Source: a virus
Lineage: Duplodnaviria; Heunggongvirae; Uroviricota; Caudoviricetes
Length of the DNA stretch: 40,216 bases
Virus record (IMG/VR): IMGVR_UViG_2579779009_000004
Strand: one strand, 5' to 3'
The notes under the pieces were generated by a model. That model searched no databases. It was given only the letters and a program-made list of their open reading frames with translations, and was not told the DNA's origin. A program made the position numbers and the translations under genes. Below are positions 31,206 through 40,216 of this stretch, piece by piece. Position 1 is the first letter of the stretch, and every line of letters begins with the position of its first letter.

Positions 31206-31376
31206 ATGTCAGAACGTAAAGACTCAAAATCACGCCGTAATTATCTCGTCAAATGTTCCTGCCCAAACTGCACCCAAGAGTCAGAACACAGTTTTTCAAG
31301 AGTACAAAAAGGTGCCCTTTTGATCTGCCCTCATTGCAACAAAGTATTCCAGACAAATCTTAAAGCTGTAGCCTGA
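31206..31376 (+). CDS. candidate small zinc-ribbon protein (56 aa, CxxC...CxxC)
   Basis: MSERKDSKSRRNYLVKCSCPNCTQESEHSFSRVQKGALLICPHCNKVF...; AGGA 7 nt upstream; opposite strand to the lysis genes. Confidence 0.35.
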   Translation: MSERKDSKSRRNYLVKCSCPNCTQESEHSFSRVQKGALLICPHCNKVFQTNLKAVA

Positions 31377-31435
31377 TTGATTTTATTAGTAACAAGTATT
31401 TTTTATATTTTAATAATATATTTAAAGCAGATAAT

Positions 31436-31456
31436 AAAAAACCCGCCTGAGCGGGT
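31436..31456 (-). terminator. rho-independent terminator between the zinc-ribbon ORF and cspB
   Basis: Stem acccgc/gcgggt (31441-31446 and 31451-31456) with loop ctga; on the minus strand it is followed by U-rich sequence (plus A-run 31436-31440); on the plus strand the U-tract is weak. Confidence 0.5.
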
Positions 31457-31739
31457 TTGAGATTGTGGTGCTTTTTGTGGGAGTCATCCACTTACGCACT
31501 TTGTTTTGCGATGCCAGCAGTTAGCTTCTGCTGTGAAACTATTCATGCAGCAAACCTGCACTTCACCACAATGGTTAGCATACTTTTCCTGATTAAGATT
31601 TTGCCAAATATACTAGCCATTGTTTCATGTATTGGACCTCCTTACTTTTTATTAAAGAGATCCAATATTCACTACTCTGTCCGTATCTCTACTCAGGCAT
31701 CAGCCTTCTTCGTTATCGTATACAGACGAGCGATGAATT

Positions 31740-31955
31740 TTAATCAGTAATGATGACATTTGCTGCTGCAGGACCTTTAGCACCACTCTCTATAGAGAAG
31801 GTAACCTTTTGACCTTCAAATAAGGTTCGATAATTATCATTCTGAATCGCAGAAAAATGCACAAACACATCTTTACTACCATCAACAGGAGAAATAAAGC
31901 CGAAACCTTTATCAGCGTTAAACCATTTTACTAAACCAGTCATTTTATTTGACAT
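31740..31955 (-). CDS. cspB: cold-shock protein (CspA family)
   Basis: [71 protein letters not shown]; a paralogue of the cspI copy at 28855..29067. Confidence 0.9.
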   Translation of the reverse strand: MSNKMTGLVKWFNADKGFGFISPVDGSKDVFVHFSAIQNDNYRTLFEGQKVTFSIESGAKGPAAANVIITD

Positions 31956-32253
31956 TCTACATTCCTTAACTTGAGCCTTTCGGCATAAATGGTTTGCATA
32001 ACAGAAACGACTTCGTACTTAATTGGAGAGACTCAAAGAAGGAATAAGTGAATAACACCTGAAATGAGAACTGCTTTAGTAAACTACTTCGTATATCGTC
32101 TGTTCTTCAAACCGACGCAGTCATTAACTCATAGTTGAACATATGAAGCAATGTTTATTTTAGACATCCAGCCACCTTCAATCCTATCAAAAAAGTAGTT
32201 TTCTCCAGGAACGTGTGTATGGTGCACCAGGTTATCAGTATTAAGGAGTTTTT

Positions 32254-32456
32254 CTGTCCCCTAAAATGACAGGAATTGTCAAAAACTTTGACTACAAAAG
32301 CAGCAAAGGTCTTATATTCCCATCCGATGGCGTATCGATGCCCAGCTTCACGTTTCAGCTCTCAATCTTCGAGATGCAGAAGAAATTACCACAGGATTAC
32401 GCGTGGAATTTTGCTGGATAAATGGTTCGCGTGGACCTTCAACTGCCAATGTTTAT
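32254..32456 (+). pseudogene. cspF: cspF-like cold-shock gene, apparently inactivated
   Basis: Frame 1 from 32266 encodes [22 protein letters not shown] and then leaves the cold-shock-domain frame; the rest of the domain ([42 protein letters not shown]) is in the +2 frame, consistent with a single-base deletion near 32332. The expected upstream start position is CTG, and the C-terminal frame has no stop before the terminator. Confidence 0.55.
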
Positions 32457-32497
32457 CCCGGGATGAGATTCAATATCTCTATTGCCCCATTTAAAGC

Positions 32498-32534
32498 ACA
32501 AAAACCCGCTTATAAGCGGGTTTTCTACTTTTTT
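32498..32534. terminator. bidirectional rho-independent terminator (candidate tR' for the late transcript and terminator for the cspF-like gene)
   Basis: Perfect 20-bp palindrome aacccgcttataagcgggtt (32503-32522) flanked by an A-run on one side and a T-run on the other. Confidence 0.6.
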
Positions 32535-32570
32535 CTAAACGTCGGATACACAAAGCCCATCGTTGAGAAA

Positions 32571-32599
32571 ATCTTATCCATGTTTTTTGAAAAATGCAA
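32571..32599 (-). promoter_or_regulatory. candidate late promoter PR' (with qut region) downstream of Q
   Basis: On the minus strand TTGCAT (plus 32594-32599), a 17-nt spacer, then TAAGAT (plus 32571-32576), 32 bp downstream of the Q stop and about 60 nt upstream of the terminator hairpin. Confidence 0.35.
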
Positions 32600-32630
32600 A
32601 CATCATGTCGCCATCTTCAGCAAAAATCAT

Positions 32631-33383
32631 TTATCTCGTCACCTTCCTCAATTGCGCTTCCGCGTATGCTTCTTCCTGCCAGCACTTTGTTACCAGTTTA
32701 CCAATGACGTCCGCATACCCCTTATACCACTGATAATCGGTCAGGTCTGGTACCAGCTTCTGGACATGACGTCGTGCCAGCGTGGTCGGTAAACGACTAA
32801 ACCGGTTTCCATTACAACGCCCACAAATCTTATATACCGGTACGCCATGAAACCGGGTTCTTTTTTCATCCAGAACAATCCCTTTACCCTTACACCCTCT
32901 GCACGCTGTGCTGACTTCGCCCTTACCATGGCAATGCTGACATAGTTCCTTCACCCATTCTTCCTTGATTACAGATTCCCCGCGTCTGTAGTGTTTCACC
33001 ACTTCGCGCAATACATTATAAAATCCCGTACCTGAACAATGCTCACAGCGAGCCTTACTTGCCGCAGACCTGGAGTAATCAGCAAAGGCAAAATTCACGA
33101 GGTAAGGAATAATCTGTAACCGGATTTCTTCACTCAATTTGTTCAATGTCGGGTTATCCAGTGCCATCGCGTAATTTAGCAGGCCTTCAATCGCAAACTG
33201 AGCGTCCTGAACACCAACTTTTGCCAGAAATAAGGCCAACCCAAGTGGTGCTTTCGACTGCACCATCCCCTGCGCTGCCATTACATCCGTAATTGTTAAA
33301 CAACCGGTGCCTGTCGCTGGAGCGTCATCGCTCAATTTTGGAGATTTTGGGGAGTAATATTTTGGTAAGGCTTCAAGGTTCAT
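32631..33383 (-). CDS. Q: late-gene antitermination protein Q
   Basis: About 250 aa from [13 protein letters not shown]...; several Cys/His zinc-binding motifs ([30 protein letters not shown]); GTGGAG Shine-Dalgarno; located upstream of the lysis cassette. Confidence 0.8.
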   Translation of the reverse strand: MNLEALPKYYSPKSPKLSDDAPATGTGCLTITDVMAAQGMVQSKAPLGLALFLAKVGVQDAQFAIEGLLNYAMALDNPTLNKLSEEIRLQIIPYLVNFAFADYSRSAASKARCEHCSGTGFYNVLREVVKHYRRGESVIKEEWVKELCQHCHGKGEVSTACRGCKGKGIVLDEKRTRFHGVPVYKICGRCNGNRFSRLPTTLARRHVQKLVPDLTDYQWYKGYADVIGKLVTKCWQEEAYAEAQLRKVTR

Positions 33384-33396
33384 GCTCGTTCTCCAC

Positions 33397-34446
33397 TTAC
33401 GCCAGTACGCCAATTGCCAGCGCGCGATCGATAAAACGAAATATCAGCTCCAGTTGGGAGCCATACTTCTCTTCAAATGCCACTGTATCCGTATGCAGCT
33501 CGTTGTGATGCTTTCTGCACAAAGGCAACACAAAGAGATCATGTGCTTTTGTTCCCATTCCGCCCTGCCCGTGACCAATCAGATGATGCGGATCGTCGGC
33601 TGGCATACCGCAGCAAGCACACGGCTGTGTCTTAACCCAACGTGTGTATTTCTCCTTAACCCAGCGGCGACGTTTAGGCAGCTTCATGAAAGATTCCGGA
33701 GACTCTGGATCAACGGTGATGCTTACCACCGTCTTTTCCTGTGGTGTTTTTTGTTGCTGGTGGGCGTAAGGCAACGGTGCAAGATTTTTTGTGCGTTGTT
33801 TCAATATGCTGGTGGCGGTCTGCTCTCCCGGTACGATGTCGCTTTCGCGGTACACCGAGCAGATTTTTTCCGCTGGTAATCCCAGCGAACGACGCGATAC
33901 AGCCTCAGGTAGTGCATCCACCACCTGATTGCAGACCGCCCACCAGGATAATTCAGCCAAAGATAATTCCCGCTCCTGCGTACCGCTTATTGCGTGACGG
34001 ATGACGTCAATCACCCATGCTGTCAGATTTTGTTGAGCAAGCAGCTCCAGTGATTCCGATGTCTGGTCACGCAGTTGGTTGTCGCAGTGCCAACACAACA
34101 CCATTGCGCCGGTACCATAACGGTGAATGACTGTTTCAGAGTGATGGTAATCGCCATTAGGCCACTGGCAGGATGTAACATGACGTAATAGCCAGTCAGA
34201 CAATGCGCCAACACCGCCAGCAGCACGAATCACCCGTTCGTTACTAAAAAACGGCAGCAATGTTTTGTCTTCCGCCAGCGACTGGCGAACGGCAGGAACG
34301 ACTCCGGATGGCAGATTACGCATGCTTTTTGGTTCCGGTTCCACCAGCACTCGAGGATTATGAAATATCTGTATGGATTCACGGCCCGGCTTAAGGACCA
34401 CCAGCCCAAGCTCAGGCACCAGAACAGGTCTAAGTAATACCCGCAC
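33397..34446 (-). CDS. DUF968-family protein with C-terminal HNH-like motif (YdfU-like)
   Basis: C-terminal ...CACCGMPADDPHHLIGHGQGGMGTKAHDLFVLPLCRKHHNELH is HNH-like. Start proposed at the GTG at 34444-34446 (GGAGG 4 nt upstream, one nt after the upstream stop) giving 349 aa; the ORF-track start at 34485 is the alternative. Confidence 0.7.
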   Translation of the reverse strand: MRVLLRPVLVPELGLVVLKPGRESIQIFHNPRVLVEPEPKSMRNLPSGVVPAVRQSLAEDKTLLPFFSNERVIRAAGGVGALSDWLLRHVTSCQWPNGDYHHSETVIHRYGTGAMVLCWHCDNQLRDQTSESLELLAQQNLTAWVIDVIRHAISGTQERELSLAELSWWAVCNQVVDALPEAVSRRSLGLPAEKICSVYRESDIVPGEQTATSILKQRTKNLAPLPYAHQQQKTPQEKTVVSITVDPESPESFMKLPKRRRWVKEKYTRWVKTQPCACCGMPADDPHHLIGHGQGGMGTKAHDLFVLPLCRKHHNELHTDTVAFEEKYGSQLELIFRFIDRALAIGVLA

Positions 34447-34447
34447 G

Positions 34448-34726
34448 TTACCTCCAGATCCGTTGCTGGAAAGTGCGGGACGCACGTGGTGGGCGTTCGG
34501 AGTAAGGCAATCTGACTGAGATTATCCAGTGACGGTAGTCGAGGCTAAGGGCTTTCTTAACCTCGTATCCGCGCCTGCGGTAACACTGAATTATCCATTC
34601 AGCCTGCTCTTCAGTGCATGGAGGGTGTTGGAACCATTCAGACTTGAATGCGTGAGAATACCGCTCGTGCGTGCAGACAAGAACGGGCGAATTATCAGAA
34701 TTGTAATATTTTACGTTGCGTGCCAT
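34448..34726 (-). CDS. hypothetical protein (92 aa)
   Basis: ORF with GGAG 7 nt upstream of the ATG; Cys/His-containing; no family recognised. Confidence 0.45.
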   Translation of the reverse strand: MARNVKYYNSDNSPVLVCTHERYSHAFKSEWFQHPPCTEEQAEWIIQCYRRRGYEVKKALSLDYRHWIISVRLPYSERPPRASRTFQQRIWR

Positions 34727-34792
34727 CGGTTTTCTCCGGTGGCACGGTGTTACTCAGCGGGAGTTCAGCCCCGCGCAAGATTGTAGATGAGT

Positions 34793-35044
34793 TTATTCTT
34801 CTGCAAAAGCTGAAAAGCCTGCTTTTATTCCGATCTCTTTCAGTGCCTGTAATGAAGTGACAAACTCACCTTCGCGCAAGATAAATCCGTCTGTCACTCG
34901 ACCATCCACAAAATTAATTAACGCAGCCCCATTCTTTCGCAAACACATAATGCGGTAATGACTAACAAGATTTCCATTTTCAACGCACACAGCATAGAGG
35001 CCATCTTCACAAAAAATTTTACGCAGTTCTTCGATGTTCATCAT
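34793..35044 (-). CDS. hypothetical protein (83 aa), possibly Rem-like by synteny
   Basis: ORF with GGAAGGA Shine-Dalgarno; same size and position as rem (between ydfU and hokD) in K-12 Qin as I recall; the sequence identity is not verified. Confidence 0.5.
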   Translation of the reverse strand: MMNIEELRKIFCEDGLYAVCVENGNLVSHYRIMCLRKNGAALINFVDGRVTDGFILREGEFVTSLQALKEIGIKAGFSAFAEE

Positions 35045-35160
35045 CAGAATCCTTCCGGATAATTAGCTCTCCCCTTTAAGGGACCATCCCTCTTATCCCT
35101 GCGCGCTACTTAAGTATTTTTGATTCTATTCCGGCACCGTCCAGAACTTCAAACGCGTTG

Positions 35161-35192
35161 AAAATAAAAACAAAAACCCGCCGAAGCGGGTT
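35161..35192 (-). terminator. rho-independent terminator downstream of hokD
   Basis: Hairpin aacccgcc-gaa-gcgggtt (about 35175-35192) followed on the minus strand by a U-rich tract (plus 35161-35176 is A-rich). Confidence 0.55.
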
Positions 35193-35260
35193 AAGTGCGG
35201 GTGCGTTGAGGATGCCTGCCACATCAGAGGTGGCGAGGGATTTCTCCCTCGCCGGGTTTC

Positions 35261-35416
35261 TTACTCCTCAGGTTCGTAAGCTGTGAAGACAGCGACCTCC
35301 GTCTGGCCGGTTCGGATTCGTACCTCGCAGAGGTCTTTCCTCGTTACCAGTGCCGTCACTATGACGGTTAAACAGATGACGATCAGGGCGATTAACATCG
35401 CCTTTTGCTGCTTCAT
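35261..35416 (-). CDS. hokD: Hok-family type I toxin (HokD/RelF)
   Basis: MKQQKAMLIALIVICLTVIVTALVTRKDLCEVRIRTGQTEVAVFTAYEPEE, 51 aa, Hok signature; the ORF-track extension upstream is rejected. Confidence 0.9.
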   Translation of the reverse strand: MKQQKAMLIALIVICLTVIVTALVTRKDLCEVRIRTGQTEVAVFTAYEPEE

Positions 35417-35636
35417 AGCCTGCTTCTCCTTGCCTTTCGGCACGTAAGAGGCTAACCTACATATGTCTAGCATGAAATTGGCCTCAGATTAATGTTAAGC
35501 GTCTTGCAGGACGCGTAATGTTAACTGGGGCTTTTCTCTATCTGCCGTTGGTGTTCATGCCCGAGGCAGATAGCCTCAAGCACCCGCAGCCATTCTACTT
35601 AACTACTGAAGTGGTCAACAAAAACTGGCCACCGAG

Positions 35637-36784
<1,148 letters not shown>

Positions 36785-36856
36785 TATGGCACCTGTGTTG
36801 TTCTGAGGTGAGCATATCACCTCTGTTCAGGTGGCCAAATTCAGTAAACCACTTCA

Positions 36857-38577
36857 ATGACGAACTGGCCTACGCTCTCTGGCCTGGTGATGTGGATGCC
36901 GGAAACATTGACGGCAGCATCCATCGCTGGGCAAAAAAAGAAGTTATCGACAACGACCGCGAAGACTGGAAGCGTATCTCGGCATCAATGCGCAAACAGC
37001 CTGATGCCCTTCGCTACGACCGCCAGACTATTTTTGGCCTTGTCCGTGAGCGTCCGATCGACATTCACAAAGATCCCGTAGCACTGAACAAATATATCTG
37101 CGAATACCTGACGACAAAGGGCGTGTTTGAGAATGAAGAAACAGACCTGGGCACTGTTGATGTTCTCCAGTCATCAGAAACACAAACTGATGCAGTGGAA
37201 ACTGAGGTATCTGATATCCCAAAAAATGAAACCGCGCCGGAAGCTGAACCATCTGTAGAGCGTGAGGGGCCGTTCTATTTCCTCTTCGCAGATAAGGACG
37301 GAGAAAAATACGGTCGCGCAAACAAACTTTCTGGTCTGGATAAGGCACTGGCTGCTGGCGCCACTGAAATCACAAAAGAAGAATATTTTGCCCGAAAAAA
37401 TGGCACATACACGGGCTTACCGCAAAATGTAGATACCGCTGAAGATTCAGAACAACCAGAGCCGATAAAAGTTACCGCTGACGAAGTAAACAAAATTATG
37501 CAGGCAGCCAATATCAGCCAGCCTGACGCTGATAAGTTGCTTGCTGCATCACGTGGTGAATTTGTTGAAGGGATTAGTGACCCGAATGATCCGAAATGGG
37601 TTAAGGGGATCCAGACCCGCGATTCTGTGAACCAGAACCAGCATGAATCGGAACGGAACTACCAAAAAGCGGAACAAAACAGTCCAAATGCGTTACAAAA
37701 CGAGCCAGTAACGAAACAGCCTGAACCAGTAGCGCAACAGGAAGTGGAAAAAGTCTGCACCGCCTGCGGTCAGACCGGCGGCGGCAACTGCCCTGATTGT
37801 GGCGCGGTGATGGGCGACGCAACATACCAGGAAACATTCGATGAAGAGTATCAGGTTGAAGTTCAGGAAGATGATCCGGAGGAAATGCAAGGCGCTGAAC
37901 ATCCACACAAGGAGAACACTGGCGGCAATCAGCATCACAATAGCGATAATGAAACTGGCGAGACGGCAGATCACCCAATTAAGGTGAACGGTCATCACGA
38001 AATCACATCCACCAGCAGGGCGTGTGACCATCTAATGATCGACCTTGAAACCATGGGAAAAAATCCTGATGCCCCGATCATCTCAATAGGTGCAATATTT
38101 TTCGATCCGCAAACCGGAGATATGGGACCGGAATTTAGTAAGACTATCGATCTGGAAACTGCTGGCGGAGTCATTGATCGGGACACCATTAAATGGTGGC
38201 TTAAGCAATCACGCGAAGCGCAATCTGCCATTATGACCGATGAAATCCCGTTAGATGATGCACTGTTACAATTGCGGGAATTTATCGACGAAAACTCCGG
38301 TGAATTTTTTGTTCAGGTTTGGGGAAATGGAGCCAACTTCGACAACACGATTTTGCGCCGTTCATACGAACGGCAGGGGATCCCCTGCCCGTGGCGTTAC
38401 TACAACGATCGCGATGTACGCACAATCGTTGAGCTGGGGAAAGCCATAGACTTCGATGCCAGAACGGCTATTCCATTCGAAGGTGAGCGCCATAATGCAC
38501 TTGATGACGCCCGTTACCAGGCAAAATACGTTTCAGTTATCTGGCAAAAACTGATCCCGAGTCAGGCTGATTCTTAA
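36857..38577 (+). pseudogene. 5'-truncated gene encoding a protein with a C-terminal DEDDh (DnaQ-like) 3'-5' exonuclease domain
   Basis: The reading frame runs straight out of the IS911 right end with no credible start or Shine-Dalgarno after the IS; the C-terminal region has Exo I/II/III motifs (HLMIDLETMG, VWGNGANFDNTIL, HNALDDARYQAKY); it is upstream of xis and int. Confidence 0.6.
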
Positions 38578-38649
38578 TGTTCAACTGTCGCCGGTTGTGA
38601 CTGGTATTCTGCAACCGGCGCTCGTCTGATGTAAGAGATAAAGAAATCG

Positions 38650-38901
38650 ATGAGCGAAGTAATCATGATTGTCTCTCCCGGCAAATGGGTATCCGAAGAG
38701 CAGTTAATTGCGCTGAAAGGAATAAAAAAAGGTACGTTAAAAAAGGCCCGGGAAAAATCGTTTATGGAAGGAAGGGAATATAAGCATGTCGCTCATGACG
38801 GTATGCCATGGGATAACAGTCCATGCTTTTACAACCTGGAAGAAATTGATCGCTGGATTGAGCGCCAGGCATCAGCGAGACCAAGACGTCATCTTACTTG
38901 A
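38650..38901 (+). CDS. xis: putative excisionase / small DNA-binding protein
   Basis: 83-aa basic ORF immediately upstream of, and co-oriented with, the integrase. Confidence 0.5.
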   Translation: MSEVIMIVSPGKWVSEEQLIALKGIKKGTLKKAREKSFMEGREYKHVAHDGMPWDNSPCFYNLEEIDRWIERQASARPRRHLT

Positions 38902-38935
38902 CTAAAAGCCACACTAACTAATGAGAGAAGTTGAA

Positions 38936-40216
38936 ATGAAATATCCGACAGGCGTGGAAAACCATGGAGGGAAATTACGTATCTGGTTTGTTTATAAAGG
39001 CGTAAGAGTCAGGGAAAATCTGGGGGTTCCTGACACAGCAAAAAACAGGCGCGTTGCAGGTGAACTACGCTCCTCTGTTTGTTACGCAATAAAAACTGGT
39101 GTTTTCGACTATGCAAAACAGTTTCCCTCCTCACGCAATCTGGAAAAATTTGGTGAGGCCCGACAAGATTTAACCATAAAAGAACTGGCTGAAAAATTTC
39201 TGGCACTGAAAGAAACTGAAGTCGCCAAAACATCACTCAACACATACCGTGCCGTCATCAAAAATATCCTGAGCATAATCGGTGAAAAAAATCTTGCCTC
39301 ATCGATTAATAAAGAAAAATTACTGGAGGTTCGTAAAGAGTTACTGACTGGATACCAGATCCCCAAAAGTAACTATATTGTTACACAACCAGGGAGATCG
39401 GCTGTAACTGTAAATAATTACATGACAAATCTTAACGCCGTGTTCCAGTTTGGTGTTGATAACGGTTACCTGGCAGATAATCCGTTTAAGGGGATCTCGC
39501 CATTAAAGGAATCAAGAACCATTCCGGATCCTCTTTCGCGGGAAGAATTTATCCGTCTTATCGATGCGTGCAGAAATCAGCAAGCAAAAAATTTATGGTG
39601 TGTTTCTGTTTATACTGGCGTTCGCCCTGGTGAGCTGTGTGCACTTGGATGGGAGGACATAGATCTGAAAAATGGAACAATGATGATCAGGAGAAATTTA
39701 GCAAAAGACCGTTTCACGGTACCAAAAACACAGGCGGGAACCAATCGGGTCATTCATCTTATTAAGCCAGCAATCGACGCTCTCCGGAGTCAGATGACAT
39801 TAACGAGACTGAGCAAAGAGCATATCATTGATGTTCACCTCAGAGAGTATGGCAGAACAGAAAAACAAAAATGCACCTTTGTTTTTCAACCTGAAGTGTC
39901 AGCGAGAGTAAAAAATTATGGTGACCATTTTACCGTTGACTCAATAAGGCAGATGTGGGACGCAGCGATAAAACGTGCCGGACTCCGCCATCGAAAATCA
40001 TATCAGTCGAGACATACTTATGCCTGCTGGTCGCTGACAGCTGGTGCTAACCCGGCATTTATAGCAAACCAGATGGGCCATGCAGATGCGCAAATGGTAT
40101 TTCAGGTATACGGAAAATGGATGTCTGAAAACAATAATGCACAGGTAGCTTTGTTAAATACACAGTTAAGCGAGTTTGCCCCAACCATGCCCCATAACGA
40201 AGCAATGAAAAATTAA
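38936..40216 (+). CDS. int: tyrosine site-specific integrase
   Basis: About 426 aa from MKYPTGVENHGGKLRIWF...; a C-terminal catalytic domain with conserved Arg, His-x-x-Arg and Tyr residues (…VYTGVRPGEL…HTYACWSLTAGANPAFIANQMGHADAQMVFQVYGKW…); the stop is the last triplet of the window. Confidence 0.9.
   Translation: MKYPTGVENHGGKLRIWFVYKGVRVRENLGVPDTAKNRRVAGELRSSVCYAIKTGVFDYAKQFPSSRNLEKFGEARQDLTIKELAEKFLALKETEVAKTSLNTYRAVIKNILSIIGEKNLASSINKEKLLEVRKELLTGYQIPKSNYIVTQPGRSAVTVNNYMTNLNAVFQFGVDNGYLADNPFKGISPLKESRTIPDPLSREEFIRLIDACRNQQAKNLWCVSVYTGVRPGELCALGWEDIDLKNGTMMIRRNLAKDRFTVPKTQAGTNRVIHLIKPAIDALRSQMTLTRLSKEHIIDVHLREYGRTEKQKCTFVFQPEVSARVKNYGDHFTVDSIRQMWDAAIKRAGLRHRKSYQSRHTYACWSLTAGANPAFIANQMGHADAQMVFQVYGKWMSENNNAQVALLNTQLSEFAPTMPHNEAMKN

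Noticed and set aside
32403-32792. 129-aa plus-strand ORF
   Set aside because: It is the cspF-like C-terminal frame reading on through a strong terminator palindrome and into sequence antisense to Q; not a credible gene.
35417-35473. In-frame upstream extension of the hokD ORF (MLDICRLASYVPKGKEKQA...)
   Set aside because: Hok proteins are about 50 aa and the internal Met gives the canonical Hok sequence; the extension has no family support.
35474-35606. Search for relE/relB remnants between hokD and the IS
   Set aside because: No reading frame in this interval encodes RelE-like or RelB-like sequence; it is treated as hok leader only.
36808-36856. N-terminal 16 codons of the 589-aa ORF 36808..38577
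   Set aside because: This part lies inside the IS911 right inverted repeat; the frame is open by chance across the junction, so it is not a genuine start.

Overview
This window is almost entirely a lambdoid prophage of the E. coli/Shigella Qin type, inserted into the MFS transporter gene ydfJ (3' part at 1..1284, minus strand). Reading left to right it holds: a 'b-region' with ydfK and the serine invertase pinQ; a lambda-like tail module on the minus strand (tfa, stf, lom, J, I, K, L, M, tape measure H, G/G-T, V, U, Z); a head-tail joining and head module (FII-like, DUF2190-like, fused ClpP-like protease/major capsid, portal, W); terminase large and small subunits with a lambda-like cosN about 190 bp upstream; a moron cluster (ydfO, gnsB, cspI and small ORFs); a phage-21-type lysis cassette (holin with dual start, DUF1327 gene, SAR-type endolysin, Rz/Rz1); cold-shock genes cspB and a frameshifted cspF-like gene; antiterminator Q with a candidate PR'/tR' unit; a DUF968/HNH gene; hokD; a 1250-bp IS911-like IS3-family element; a 5'-truncated DEDDh exonuclease gene; excisionase; and a tyrosine integrase ending at the window edge. 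No repressor, cro, replication or relBE genes are present between Q and the recombination genes, so the prophage looks defective. I found no CRISPR array, rRNA or tRNA. I did not find a clearly novel multi-gene system; the most notable items are the IS911-associated loss of the early region that leaves hokD orphaned, a G-T slippery heptamer one base off the lambda one, a cosN variant with a different predicted cohesive end, an orphan Pin invertase with no alternative tail-fibre cassette, and a decayed cspF. All calls rest on reading the translations and sequence motifs by eye and on recalled family knowledge; no database search was run, and gene symbols come from recalled K-12 Qin synteny.
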